Assembly: GCA_963674705.1 (NCBI GenBank)
Contig: OY771506.1
Location: forward strand, 5,088,001-5,152,000
Reading direction: 5' to 3'
DNA length: 64,000 nt
DNA from: Phycisphaeraceae bacterium
GTDB taxonomy: Bacteria; Planctomycetota; Phycisphaerae; Phycisphaerales; Phycisphaeraceae
The notes below the pieces were generated by a model. That model did no database searches. It was not told the origin of the DNA and saw nothing but the letters and a program-made list of their open reading frames with translations. The translations under genes and the position numbers were made by a program. Position 1 is the first letter of the stretch; each line of letters begins with the position of its first letter. Below, piece by piece: positions 27,924-37,838 of this stretch.

Positions 27924-30419
27924 TCAAGGTAACCAGGGCAGATCCTGCGAAGGCGTCGTCTCAACAGGCGCCAGTGGGTCCACCGACGGAACCGGAGCGT
28001 TTTCGCCCGTTTGGCCTTGCGCCTCGGCGGCAAGCTTGGCGTCTTCCTCGAAACCGGTCTTCATCGCCTGCGCGAAGGTGCGGATCGTCGGATTGTCATG
28101 ACGGATCGCATCGGTGAGAGCCGGTGAATCAGCACCTCTGGCGTTCATGACCAGGTAAATGATCCTGACCATGGGGTCGTCACTCCGCGATGCCAGATCG
28201 ATCACGCGTTGGGACACCGGCTCGCCGCTCTCATCGGGGAGCATGAAACGAACGGTCCAGGCTTTGAGTTTGCTGTCGAAGCTTGGATAGCGCTGCGCGA
28301 TCATGTCACGCACCTTGGCGCGGAAGTCGGCGGCTTCGGTGGATTCTGTGGGTTGATTGGCGATGACCAGCAGCCGGGCGATCGCCAGTGCACGGACAGC
28401 CGGATCGGTGCCATCCACATCTTTCATCCAGAGTTGCAGGTTGCTGGGTGTGGCGGGCATGGCACGCGCGAGTAAGGAACTGGCGTTGACAGTTGAACCC
28501 AACGGGCCCGGCAAGATCCCGCCGTTCGGAGTCGGGCGGGGGTCAAGCATCGCGATGGCGGAGAACGTAATGGGTTCGGTGGGATACATCGCGGTGAGTT
28601 GGCCCATGTCAAAACGGTCCAACCGGATATCAACGGTGATCGCGTGGCCGGGTTGCAGCGTCAGGCGCCGACCCATGTTGAAGAAGGTCGGTGAGGTACG
28701 GCCCTTTGGTTCGTTGCGGATCGAGGGCATACACATCACCATCAACGGGGCATTGACCGCGCCACCCTGACCGATGGATAGCGGCAGCCGTGTGGCGTTG
28801 AGCATGGTGACGGTCGCCTTCATCGGTTGCAGGTAACCGAAGGAGCCGGGCGAGACGGTCAGTCGCGTACGGATCCAGGGCGAAACCGTCAGGGCCGGTG
28901 TCCAGAGCTGGCGTGAAACGCCGTCCACGAGCACGCGAAGTGACACGCCCTGGCTGGTGGGCGTGATAGGTTTATCCATCTGGTGCAGCCGACGGGCGGC
29001 GACGATCGCGCCCATGGATGTCGGTGCGTCCCAAATCATCTGCTGGTAGGCTTGGGCTTTTTCTTCCTCAGTCAAGTCGGACAGTGAAGCCAATCCCAAG
29101 CGAGCGAACATCTCATCCGGACCAAGTGATTCGAAGATGGAACGTGCTGCCTGGGCATCGCCGTTGCGTAGCGCCAACCAGCCCGAGGCGAGCTTGGCAT
29201 AAGTGTCATCCGAGCCGAGCGCATTGATGCGCTGCTGAACCCAGGCAGCGTCCTGGTCGAAGACAGCGCCGATCCAGACCAGTTGCCGCAGCAGTTCGCC
29301 GCGTTGTTCGGGGTCTTCAACCGCTGCGGAGCTTTCCTGAAGACGATTGAAAGATTCTTCCGCGGCTACCGGGTTGTCCTTGTACATGAGGATCAGCCGG
29401 GCAAACTCGAGCGTCGTCGGCAACGGCGGCAGGTCTTCCAGTGAGGGCGGCTCCGGTTCCATGTTCTCATCAAGCGTCTGGTCCGGGTTCTGAGCGTCGG
29501 CCAACTGCTTCAAGAACATCTGCAGTTCCAGGAGCAACGGCGGGACTTCGTCTTCCCGGCCTGATGCGATCAGGCAAAGCGTGTACTGCGTCAGCAGTTC
29601 CAATCGCGTTTGCATATCGACCAGGTCCATCGAGAAGTCGTACTGGTCCAGGGCTCTGTCGTAGACGGCTTCCTGCATCAGCAAATGAGCCAGTGCAACA
29701 CGAACGGACGGATCAACCGGGCTTGCGCCGAGCAGATTGACCAGCGCCGCGCCCTGCTGACGGGAACTGCCGTTGCGATCGATAGTGAGTTGGTACATCA
29801 TGCGCGCTGCGATGGGATTGACCGGATCAAGCTTGAGCGCGTAGACCAACCATTCGGCAGATCGGTCGTTATCACCGACTTCCTGCGCAGCTTGTGCCGC
29901 CAACGATGCGAGCCGTGACCGCAGCGGAGCCGAGAGGGAACTGGCGCCTTCGGCACGCAGCAATCGCTCGACGGCCTCGAGGTAAGAATCGACCGATTCG
30001 ATTTTGCTGAGCCGTGCCTGGATCATTTCAAATTGTGCCACATCGTCTTCCGGAACCAGACGTGTGTATTGCTTGAGCGAATCGATCAGCAGGTCGGTGT
30101 CTTGCATGCCCTTGGCGAGAGAGGCCTTCAATTCCCAGATGCCGACATCGTCGGGGGCTAGCTCGGTCGCCATGTCCAGCAGGATGCGGCCCCGCTGCAA
30201 CTGATCGGGCCTGGCATCGGCCACACCACCGAAGGACATCCACGCCATGGCCATGAGCTGGTCCGCGAGCATCTGCTCGGTGGATACGGATTCGGGGAAC
30301 TCCAAAGCCTGTGCTTTGACGGGGCTGGCGAACCACCCGCAAGCCATCGCCGAGAGCATGAAGAAAAGCCCGGTCCAGGCCTTGAGGGATGAGGTCTTGG
30401 TACGTTTGGTCTGGATCAT
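27924..30419 (-). CDS. Exported TPR-like helical-repeat protein
   Basis: Signal peptide; repeated A..L.P motifs (ATELAPDD, ALKLDPVN, GASPVDP). Confidence 0.65.
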   Translation of the reverse strand: MIQTKRTKTSSLKAWTGLFFMLSAMACGWFASPVKAQALEFPESVSTEQMLADQLMAMAWMSFGGVADARPDQLQRGRILLDMATELAPDDVGIWELKASLAKGMQDTDLLIDSLKQYTRLVPEDDVAQFEMIQARLSKIESVDSYLEAVERLLRAEGASSLSAPLRSRLASLAAQAAQEVGDNDRSAEWLVYALKLDPVNPIAARMMYQLTIDRNGSSRQQGAALVNLLGASPVDPSVRVALAHLLMQEAVYDRALDQYDFSMDLVDMQTRLELLTQYTLCLIASGREDEVPPLLLELQMFLKQLADAQNPDQTLDENMEPEPPSLEDLPPLPTTLEFARLILMYKDNPVAAEESFNRLQESSAAVEDPEQRGELLRQLVWIGAVFDQDAAWVQQRINALGSDDTYAKLASGWLALRNGDAQAARSIFESLGPDEMFARLGLASLSDLTEEEKAQAYQQMIWDAPTSMGAIVAARRLHQMDKPITPTSQGVSLRVLVDGVSRQLWTPALTVSPWIRTRLTVSPGSFGYLQPMKATVTMLNATRLPLSIGQGGAVNAPLMVMCMPSIRNEPKGRTSPTFFNMGRRLTLQPGHAITVDIRLDRFDMGQLTAMYPTEPITFSAIAMLDPRPTPNGGILPGPLGSTVNASSLLARAMPATPSNLQLWMKDVDGTDPAVRALAIARLLVIANQPTESTEAADFRAKVRDMIAQRYPSFDSKLKAWTVRFMLPDESGEPVSQRVIDLASRSDDPMVRIIYLVMNARGADSPALTDAIRHDNPTIRTFAQAMKTGFEEDAKLAAEAQGQTGENAPVPSVDPLAPVETTPSQDLPWLP

Positions 30420-30458
30420 TAGTCTTGCACTCCGTGCCCTGGCAAAGCGTTGATTATC

Positions 30459-30758
30459 TCAGATCGGCGTGCCGGTCCAAAATGACCAGAACGCCAGCGG
30501 CGCCCAGCCGATGAAGACCAGGGCCGTGGTCAGTTTCAAATATCCCGTCACCATCGGTGACGCCCCCGGTACTAGATCGTCCGCAACCAGGCGCATCAAT
30601 ACGTAAAGCCCGGCTGTAAATGGTCCTACGGCCAATATCGGCGATATGTTCTCTCGAAGCCACAACCCGCTGATCACCCCCAGACCCGATAAGCCTAGCC
30701 CCAAGAAACATTTAGCCGCTCTCAAGGCCGTTCGCCCTGATTTCGGGGCGTTTTTCAT
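30459..30758 (-). CDS. Small hypothetical membrane protein
   Basis: 99 aa, three hydrophobic segments, directly downstream of trpA. Confidence 0.55.
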   Translation of the reverse strand: MKNAPKSGRTALRAAKCFLGLGLSGLGVISGLWLRENISPILAVGPFTAGLYVLMRLVADDLVPGASPMVTGYLKLTTALVFIGWAPLAFWSFWTGTPI

Positions 30759-30767
30759 GGGTTTGCC

Positions 30768-31574
30768 TCAGCCGGGTTCTAAACCCTGGGCCAACTCCTT
30801 TGTGAACGTCCCCACCACTTCTACGGCTTTATCTTCGCCTTGATCGCGGACTTCTGCAATCCGACGCATCATGCCCGAGCCCACGATCACCGCGTCCGAT
30901 ACGGATACGACCTGCCTGACGTGCTCGGCCGAGCTGATACCGAAACCCACGGTCATGGGCAGGTCAGTCACCGCTCGCAGCTTCTTCAGACGGGCGGGCA
31001 GTTCGGGGGGGAGTTCAGTCTGTTCACCGGTGATCCCGGCTCGGGAAACGACGTATACAAAACCGCTGCTGGCCCTGGCGATCTCGGCCGCCCGGTCGTC
31101 CGGCGTGGTCGGGGCGATCAACATGCTCAGGATCATTTCCGCTTTGGCGACCGCCTCACGGGCTGGCCCCGAAGCCTCGACCGGCAGGTCCGGGAAGATA
31201 AACCCGTCAAACCCCGCATTCTTGGCGTCCTGCACGAACTTCGTGAGCCCGAAACGGTGAACAATCGAGTAGCTGACCATCGCGACCAGCCCGATCTCGA
31301 GCTTCGGCCGCTGCCTGGACACCATCTCAAAGATGTCGCCGACCTTCAGCCCGTGATCGAGGGCATAAGTCATCGACGCCTGGATCACCGGCCCGTCCGC
31401 GATCGGATCGGAAAAGGGAATCCCCAGTTCACAGATCGACGCCCCAGCCTCCTGCACCACTTCGAGCATCCGCCCCGTCGCAGCAATAGTCGGGTCCCCC
31501 ACCGTCAGGTAAGGCATCAATGCCTTACCGCTACCCGCCCGTAAATCCTGAAATATGCGGTCGATTCGATTCAT
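30768..31574 (-). CDS. trpA: Tryptophan synthase alpha chain
   Basis: ELGIPFSDPIADGPVIQ, IAPTT, VSRAGITGE, VGFGIS; start MNRIDRIF at 31574. Confidence 0.97.
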   Translation of the reverse strand: MNRIDRIFQDLRAGSGKALMPYLTVGDPTIAATGRMLEVVQEAGASICELGIPFSDPIADGPVIQASMTYALDHGLKVGDIFEMVSRQRPKLEIGLVAMVSYSIVHRFGLTKFVQDAKNAGFDGFIFPDLPVEASGPAREAVAKAEMILSMLIAPTTPDDRAAEIARASSGFVYVVSRAGITGEQTELPPELPARLKKLRAVTDLPMTVGFGISSAEHVRQVVSVSDAVIVGSGMMRRIAEVRDQGEDKAVEVVGTFTKELAQGLEPG

Positions 31575-31668
31575 AGACTGGTAAGGATACGGCGGGTTAA
31601 GCAAAGCGGCAATCGAGCTGATTGTGTGGGCAACAAGCCAGCTATTCGATAGTGAAACATTAAGTAGT

Positions 31669-31870
31669 ACCCCGAAGGGGTAGCGGAATGTAGCCACGGG
31701 TGAAGCGCAGCAACCCGTGGATATGAATATATTTTACTTCTCAATCCGCCCCGGCAGGGGTGGCGGAACAACACCTTCACCCCTACCGGGGTGAATACCA
31801 TCAGGCTACTTCCCTTCCACGGGTTGCTCTGCGCTTCACCCGTGGCTACAACCCTGCGCCCTTTCGGGGC
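31669..31870. repeat. REPIN/MITE-like composite inverted repeat with GTAG-headed REP
   Basis: tgtagccacgggtgaagcgcagcaacccgtgga (31689-31721) inverted at 31816-31850; inner hairpins 31745-31767 and 31776-31795; outer ccccgaagggg / gccctttcggggc. Confidence 0.85.
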
Positions 31871-31880
31871 GGTATTTTGC

Positions 31881-32759
31881 TTACTCTTCGTTCCTTCCAA
31901 ACAACTTCAAGATACTCTCATACGGCACGGTGTTGTAGAAGGTCATCTGTAGGTTTTTTTGTTCGCCGTTTTCGGTGTTGTAGTAGACGCTGTCGGTGGT
32001 GGTGACGATGGCGATGACCTGGCCGGCGTCGTTGAGGATGGGGCCGCCGGAGGAGCCCTTGGCGAAGGGGGCGGTGATCTGGATGCGTTTGACGTCGTGT
32101 TGGCCGTGGTTGTGGCCCATGAAGAATCGAGCGACTTCGCCGGCTGAGTAGCAGTAGTATCGGCCGCTGGGGTGGCTGATGGTGTGGACGCGCTGGCCGA
32201 CCTTCGCATCGCGCGCGATCGGCAAAGGGGTGTAAGGCTCATCACCGCCGAGCTGGATCAGTGCGACGTCGTCGGCTTTGTTGGCGGCGAGCACTTCGAG
32301 CACGGGCACGACTCGGCCGTCACGCGTCCGGGCGATGAGTGTTTTGTTGTTGGCGTTATCGATGACGTGGTAGTTGGTCACGGCGATACCATCGGCAGTC
32401 GCGATGAAACCGGTAGCGCTATTGGCGTGGTAATTGTCGCATTTGCCGCAAAGGTAGAGCCCCGCGACAACGATGACGCTGTCGGCGGCCTGTTCGTAGA
32501 TGTCGATCCCGTCGTTGGTCAGCGCGGTTTCCGGCGGCGGAGCGATGTCGGCGGATTCGCGTTCGAGTTGAGCGATAAATTCGGCGTTATCGACGGCTGT
32601 GCCGTCGTTGATCATCGTGGTGCCGGCCTGCTCTATTGAGACCCGGATATCACGATCGGTGATGTAGTCGGGTTCAGCCGAAACCGCCGAAACCGCAAAC
32701 AACGTCAACAAGCATATGGCCAGGGTGTGTTTGAACTTAATCACTATGTTTACTTTCAA
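31881..32759 (-). CDS. Secreted trypsin-like (S1) serine protease
   Basis: AVTNYHV, DVALIQL, KGSSGGP catalytic triad motifs; CxxC before the catalytic domain. Confidence 0.88.
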   Translation of the reverse strand: MKVNIVIKFKHTLAICLLTLFAVSAVSAEPDYITDRDIRVSIEQAGTTMINDGTAVDNAEFIAQLERESADIAPPPETALTNDGIDIYEQAADSVIVVAGLYLCGKCDNYHANSATGFIATADGIAVTNYHVIDNANNKTLIARTRDGRVVPVLEVLAANKADDVALIQLGGDEPYTPLPIARDAKVGQRVHTISHPSGRYYCYSAGEVARFFMGHNHGQHDVKRIQITAPFAKGSSGGPILNDAGQVIAIVTTTDSVYYNTENGEQKNLQMTFYNTVPYESILKLFGRNEE

Positions 32760-32816
32760 TTTCAGGGAATATCATGACGGTTCACGGTTTGAAGAGAACA
32801 CAGCGCGGTGTCAGGT

Positions 32817-33038
32817 TTATCTGTAGGGTTTTGCGATGAAGTAGACGATTGCACCGATCGGCCCGCCGAGGATGATGACGAGTATCCAGACAGCTTGATT
32901 CTCCATCTTATGTGTCGCCGCATGAACCAGTGAGTAAATGAAGAAAACAAGCACACCGATCGCAATTGCGATCGCTATGACAAAAAACACGCAACTGAAC
33001 AGGAGCACAAAGAGTCCGCCCGCATCTTGTCCATTCAT
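32817..33038 (-). CDS. Small PLDc_N-like membrane protein
   Basis: VWILVIILGGPIGAIVYF motif. Confidence 0.7.
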   Translation of the reverse strand: MNGQDAGGLFVLLFSCVFFVIAIAIAIGVLVFFIYSLVHAATHKMENQAVWILVIILGGPIGAIVYFIAKPYR

Positions 33039-33104
33039 GTTCTGGATGATACCGTGAGATGTAAGATCTGGATAATTGTCTGGCTTCGGGCAGAAGGGGT
33101 TCGT

Positions 33105-34010
33105 ATGGATATCGCCAAGCACATCAAACAGGCTCGCAAGTTGTCGCGCGATTACCGGGTGACGGATGGCAAGGGATTCAAGCTGTCCAGCGTCGACCCG
33201 GGTGACACGAGCGACATGAGCAAGGAAGATAAGTCCGATGCCAAGCAGGCGCTGGCTGAGGGGACGGCGGTTCTGTCAGAGATGCAACGGATGCTGTACG
33301 CGCAGGATCGGTGGGCGGTGCTGCTGATCTTCCAGGCGATGGACGCGGCGGGCAAGGACAGTTCGATCCGTCACGTGATGTCCGGCGTGAACCCACAGGG
33401 CTGCCAGGTGTTTTCATTCAAGCAACCGAGCAGCGAGGAGATGGATCATGATTTTCTCTGGCGGTGCATGAGGCGATTGCCGGAGCGTGGGCGGATCGGG
33501 ATCTTCAACCGCTCGTACTACGAAGAGACGCTGGTCGTGCGCGTGCATCAAAAGATCCTTGAAGGCCAGAAGCTGCCGGAGAAACTCGTCACGAAGCATA
33601 TCTGGAAGCAGCGGTTTGAAGACATCCGCAACTTCGAGCAATACCTGGCGCGCAACGGCGTGGCGATCTGCAAGTTCTTCCTGCATGTTTCCAAAGAAGA
33701 ACAGCTCGATCGGTTCATGGACCGTTTGAATGAGCCGGAGAAGAACTGGAAGTTCTCGATGGCGGATGTGGAAGAACGCAAGTACTGGGATGATTACCAG
33801 AAGGCGTACCAGGACATGATCCGAAACACATCCGCCAAGCACGCGCCGTGGTACGTGATCCCGGCGGATCACAAGTGGTTCACCCGGCTGGTCGTCGCTT
33901 CGGCAATCATCGACACGCTGGATGGGTTGGACCTTCACTATCCGAACGTGGATGGGCAGAAGAAGCAGGAGATCGAGACGGCTAAGAAGCTCTTGGAAAA
34001 GCAACGTTAG
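33105..34010 (+). CDS. ppk2: Polyphosphate kinase 2 family protein
   Basis: FQAMDAAGKD, FKQPS, IFNRSYYE, PWYVIPADHKW. Confidence 0.95.
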   Translation: MDIAKHIKQARKLSRDYRVTDGKGFKLSSVDPGDTSDMSKEDKSDAKQALAEGTAVLSEMQRMLYAQDRWAVLLIFQAMDAAGKDSSIRHVMSGVNPQGCQVFSFKQPSSEEMDHDFLWRCMRRLPERGRIGIFNRSYYEETLVVRVHQKILEGQKLPEKLVTKHIWKQRFEDIRNFEQYLARNGVAICKFFLHVSKEEQLDRFMDRLNEPEKNWKFSMADVEERKYWDDYQKAYQDMIRNTSAKHAPWYVIPADHKWFTRLVVASAIIDTLDGLDLHYPNVDGQKKQEIETAKKLLEKQR

Positions 34011-34048
34011 CTAGACAAACAGCCACATGCATTACTGAGAGGTAAACG

Positions 34049-34417
34049 ATGTCATATGACTTGATCTTCTGGAAAGAGGTTACGCCTATAAATGAGCCAC
34101 CCGATCGTGTGTGCGAAATGATCTCTAACGACGAGGCTATTGAAGGGATTGCCGAACTACCGATCGATCAGATCAAGATGCGATTTCTCGAAGTTTTCCC
34201 TGATATCGATGACAACGGTGCGGAGATGTATTGGGAGGGAGAAGAAAGCGGATTCACCTTAACCTGGCCGCCCAATCCAACCAATGCAATCATTGCGCAG
34301 TGCGGATACGGGCTACTTGAATCACCTCAGATCATGAATCAGATTATTGATATCGCTCATGAGTTTGGATGCGGTTTATACGATCCACAAGTTGGAAAGC
34401 GATTTGAACAGTCGTAG
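34049..34417 (+). CDS. Hypothetical acidic protein (MSYDL...YDPQ type)
   Basis: GAGGT SD; 122 aa; lower GC than flanks. Confidence 0.65.
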   Translation: MSYDLIFWKEVTPINEPPDRVCEMISNDEAIEGIAELPIDQIKMRFLEVFPDIDDNGAEMYWEGEESGFTLTWPPNPTNAIIAQCGYGLLESPQIMNQIIDIAHEFGCGLYDPQVGKRFEQS

Positions 34418-34492
34418 CAAAGCAGTTGCTTTAGAAGAAGCGCTAAGCCGCAAGGGGCTTGGGGGGAAGGGTGGCTGGTGAGTGTGGGTGGA

Positions 34493-35776
34493 TTATGTTT
34501 CTACTTTCTGCAGCAGGTATGCTGTCAGAGGCAGGTAGACGACCACGGGGAACCATGCGGCGGCGACGGGGTTCAGCCAGCCTGAGACCATTTCGGGCAT
34601 CGTCATACCCCCGGCCCAACAGCCGATACACATGCCCGCGGCCATGACCGATTTGAGCATCATGTTTGCCGGTGAGCGCAGCAGGAAGTACGGCAAGCCC
34701 ATCGCGAGAATCAGCACGTTGACGATCAACAGGCAGATGCGTCCCCACTTCGTGCGTGTCACGTCCGCTTTCAACGATTCAGGGACCGCTTCGCTATTCT
34801 GCATCTGCTGAAGCTGGCTGACGGGCAACAACCGAACGTAGTCCGCATCCTGACGGGTCTTGATCAGTGTCGGCGAAAGATCGGTCGCGTAGAAGTCGAT
34901 CGGGATACTTTCATTGCCCGGCACATCCAGGCCGATGTCGTCCAGGTGTTTGGTTGAGGGCACGATCTGGTAGGCGTCAAACAAATCCCAGCCGTCTCGA
35001 TCGGGGTCCCATTGTGCTGTCGATGCGGTGATAAACCCGACCTGCATGCCATTTTCGCGCTGGATGATGCGCAACCCTTCGAGTTGCTCGTTCTCGGAGT
35101 CGAATTTGGCGGCTGTGAGCAGGGCCCCCTTCTCATCGGGGATGTATTGGAAAGCGTACTTGTCGACCGAGATGTTTTTGATGTTGGATTTTTTTCGGCC
35201 GAGTTTGCCGGCAAGCTCCGGGACGACGAATTCCTGAACCGGTAGCGCCAGTGTGTTGAGCACGATGCCGGCGAGGATGATCGGCATCGCCACGCGGTAG
35301 AGGCTGATCCCGCTTGAGACCATGGCTGTCATTTCCCGGCTGCGTCCGAGCCCGGAGAGTGTGAACCCCATCGCCGCCACGACGATCAACCCGGAGAAGA
35401 ACGCGTAGATCAATACCAGTAGCGGCCCGTAATAATCACCGACAAGCCAGAAGACACCTATTGTCCGCATGATGAAACCGGGTTCGCTGTCTTTAATCAG
35501 TTGAACAGCATCCTCCGCAGAGATGTGCATTTTCTCTGCGATCAATTCCGGATGCGTATCGCTCTCGACTAAAGCGGTTAATTCAGGAGCGGGCAAGCCC
35601 ATCTCATCCGCCTGACGGGCGACCGTGTAGTGCATCGCCCAGTTGTACCCCCCCTTTAGGAATTCATCCAGATCAACAATCAGGTCCACGACGATAAACA
35701 ACGACATCAGCACCACGTAGAGGATGATGAAGTTGATCACGAATTGCCTGATGATGTATCGGTCTAGTGTTTTCAA
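34493..35776 (-). CDS. lptG: LptF/LptG family permease
   Basis: MKTLDRYI, SREMTAMVSSGISLYRV, PVAAAWFP; paired with the upstream paralogue. Confidence 0.85.
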   Translation of the reverse strand: MKTLDRYIIRQFVINFIILYVVLMSLFIVVDLIVDLDEFLKGGYNWAMHYTVARQADEMGLPAPELTALVESDTHPELIAEKMHISAEDAVQLIKDSEPGFIMRTIGVFWLVGDYYGPLLVLIYAFFSGLIVVAAMGFTLSGLGRSREMTAMVSSGISLYRVAMPIILAGIVLNTLALPVQEFVVPELAGKLGRKKSNIKNISVDKYAFQYIPDEKGALLTAAKFDSENEQLEGLRIIQRENGMQVGFITASTAQWDPDRDGWDLFDAYQIVPSTKHLDDIGLDVPGNESIPIDFYATDLSPTLIKTRQDADYVRLLPVSQLQQMQNSEAVPESLKADVTRTKWGRICLLIVNVLILAMGLPYFLLRSPANMMLKSVMAAGMCIGCWAGGMTMPEMVSGWLNPVAAAWFPVVVYLPLTAYLLQKVET

Positions 35777-35810
35777 AAGTCAGTCGTCATAAATCTGTGT
35801 GTTGTGTAAA

Positions 35811-37454
35811 TCAATTCCTTGCCAGCTTGCGGTATACCGCGAAGGACGCCAAGGCGATAACGATGTTACCCATCCAGAGGACGGACAATCCCACGCTGAT
35901 GCTGGTATCGCGTGAGGTGGCCAGGTTTTGTCCCGTGTAGATGATGATGATCGAAAAGATCGCCAGCATAAAGCTCCAGAAGAACACGACCAGCGGCATC
36001 TGTCCCTTGAGCTTGATCGCCAGGACCGACCCGAAGATCAGCAGCATCAGGCATGTGACGGCGGAGGCGGCGCGTACGTGAAGCTGCGAGACGATCTTCC
36101 TGCCGAGTTTATGGATGTTGTTGCTTAACTCGACCTGAGCGCGTGATACGTTTGGTGAGACCGCCGCCTGTTCGGTGGCGAGGGCCTGAAGTTGTTCGAT
36201 GGACTTATTCAGGATGTCCGGATCGATCACGGGCTCGGGCCAGCGCAGCGGTGGCAGTGAGCCTTCCGGTGCTTCGGTCAGGGATTCGGTGTTCGGGATG
36301 GTGAACACGCGCAGGTCGTGTAGTTCGATCGATGCTGAAGGTTGAAGCCTGCCGTAGCTTGGGGGGTTGATCTTGATGAAGCCGGACTGAGCCTCCATAC
36401 GTCGAAGCGGCGCGTCGGCGGGGTATTCAACCGTGATAGGGAGGTTCTGCCTGGCAAGCAGCCTTATCCCCCCGCCCTGCAACCGCGCGGCCGGGCTGTG
36501 GATCAAGTATTCCTGGTTCTTACCGCTGAGCCTGACACCTTCCCGACCGTGATCGGCCCGTATCTGCTGGAAGATCAGCGACCGCAATTCTGCAATCGCA
36601 TACTCAACGCCCAGTTCGGTCTTGGATTCTTTAACATCGTCGTACCGCTCGGGCTTTCGGTCGAGTTCCCGCAGTTCGGGCCAGGACAGAAACTTCGGGT
36701 CATCCTTAAACGGGGTATCAAGTGGGACGGGCCCGAAAGGTAATCGCTCGACATACTCCAGTTCGCCGGTATCAGGCTGATAGCGCATCGCGTCGAGGAG
36801 CATGATCGTGACACGTGAACCCTCGTCGTCCTGGAAGAGCAGGATGTTGGCGATGCGTGCAGTGCTATCGACACGGACGCGCTGCTGGTTGTCGAACTCG
36901 CCGACGGTCGCGCCTTCCAGGCGGATGTATCGGGTTGCCCCTGTTTCGGGTGGGGCCTCTTCCTGCGTGGCGGAATCCGCGTAGACAACAAAGCCCGGGA
37001 TTTCGGTGAACGGGCGGTTCTGGTCCAGTTGTGTCACCAGCACGCTCATCAGGTCGTTTTCGAGTGTCTGTGCGGCGGATTTGTAGAAGCCGGGCACGAC
37101 GAAGTTGGACAGGTAGAACAAGCCCATCGTCAAGACGAGTCCCAGGGCCGCGACGGGCGCGAGGACCTTGGCATAACTCATGCCGCTGGCTGAGCAGGCG
37201 GTGATCTCGTTATCCGAGGCCATGCGGATAAAAACCAAAGTGCTGGCATAGGCCCCGGCAAAGGGCAGGGCAAACCCGAGCATGGTCGGGGCGGAGTAGC
37301 CGACGAATTTGAGCACAGCACCGGCGCTGAGCAGGCCGTCGGACATGGGCTTGATCGCGGCAGCGAAGCTGATCAAGAAGACCAGCGTCAAGACCACCAT
37401 GGTCATGATCTTGATCAATTCACTGAGGATGTAGCGGTACAGCGTCCAGGGCAT
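35811..37454 (-). CDS. lptF: LptF/LptG family permease
   Basis: TLYRYI, RMASDNEITACSASGMS, LWMGNI. Confidence 0.85.
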   Translation of the reverse strand: MPWTLYRYILSELIKIMTMVVLTLVFLISFAAAIKPMSDGLLSAGAVLKFVGYSAPTMLGFALPFAGAYASTLVFIRMASDNEITACSASGMSYAKVLAPVAALGLVLTMGLFYLSNFVVPGFYKSAAQTLENDLMSVLVTQLDQNRPFTEIPGFVVYADSATQEEAPPETGATRYIRLEGATVGEFDNQQRVRVDSTARIANILLFQDDEGSRVTIMLLDAMRYQPDTGELEYVERLPFGPVPLDTPFKDDPKFLSWPELRELDRKPERYDDVKESKTELGVEYAIAELRSLIFQQIRADHGREGVRLSGKNQEYLIHSPAARLQGGGIRLLARQNLPITVEYPADAPLRRMEAQSGFIKINPPSYGRLQPSASIELHDLRVFTIPNTESLTEAPEGSLPPLRWPEPVIDPDILNKSIEQLQALATEQAAVSPNVSRAQVELSNNIHKLGRKIVSQLHVRAASAVTCLMLLIFGSVLAIKLKGQMPLVVFFWSFMLAIFSIIIIYTGQNLATSRDTSISVGLSVLWMGNIVIALASFAVYRKLARN

Positions 37455-37838
37455 GGTCGATAGAGTACCAACCCATCGGACTTGTTGCACCGATGACATG
37501 TGACGGGCGGCGAACGTCGATCATTACCGGCCGCATGTAAGTGTTCGGTAAACAAGACCAAGACGGGTTGTATTCACAGCCCGAAACAGGAAAACGCTTG
37601 CCTGCAACAGCTCAAAAAACAATACGCATATCTTAATAGTAAAGTTCAGGATACTTGTTGTGTAAATTTTGATGCACGCCTATGATGGCTGATTGCTCGG
37701 TTCATATTCATGGCCCGAGGGCGGAAACCAATACGTACCTACAACCAGGCAAACGTCTATTGCTTGTGATGGTATGCGCGCATCGATCAACGATACGCAA
37801 CCAGAAGGATCATCTCACATAAACACACAGGGAGTGGC

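Noticed and set aside
31575..31697. N-terminal extension of TrpA / trp attenuator
   Set aside because: The extension begins inside the REP element; no Trp-rich leader peptide seen
34011..34492. Integron cassette around the 122-aa orphan gene
   Set aside because: No convincing attC (RYYYAAC...GTTRRRY) structure or integrase
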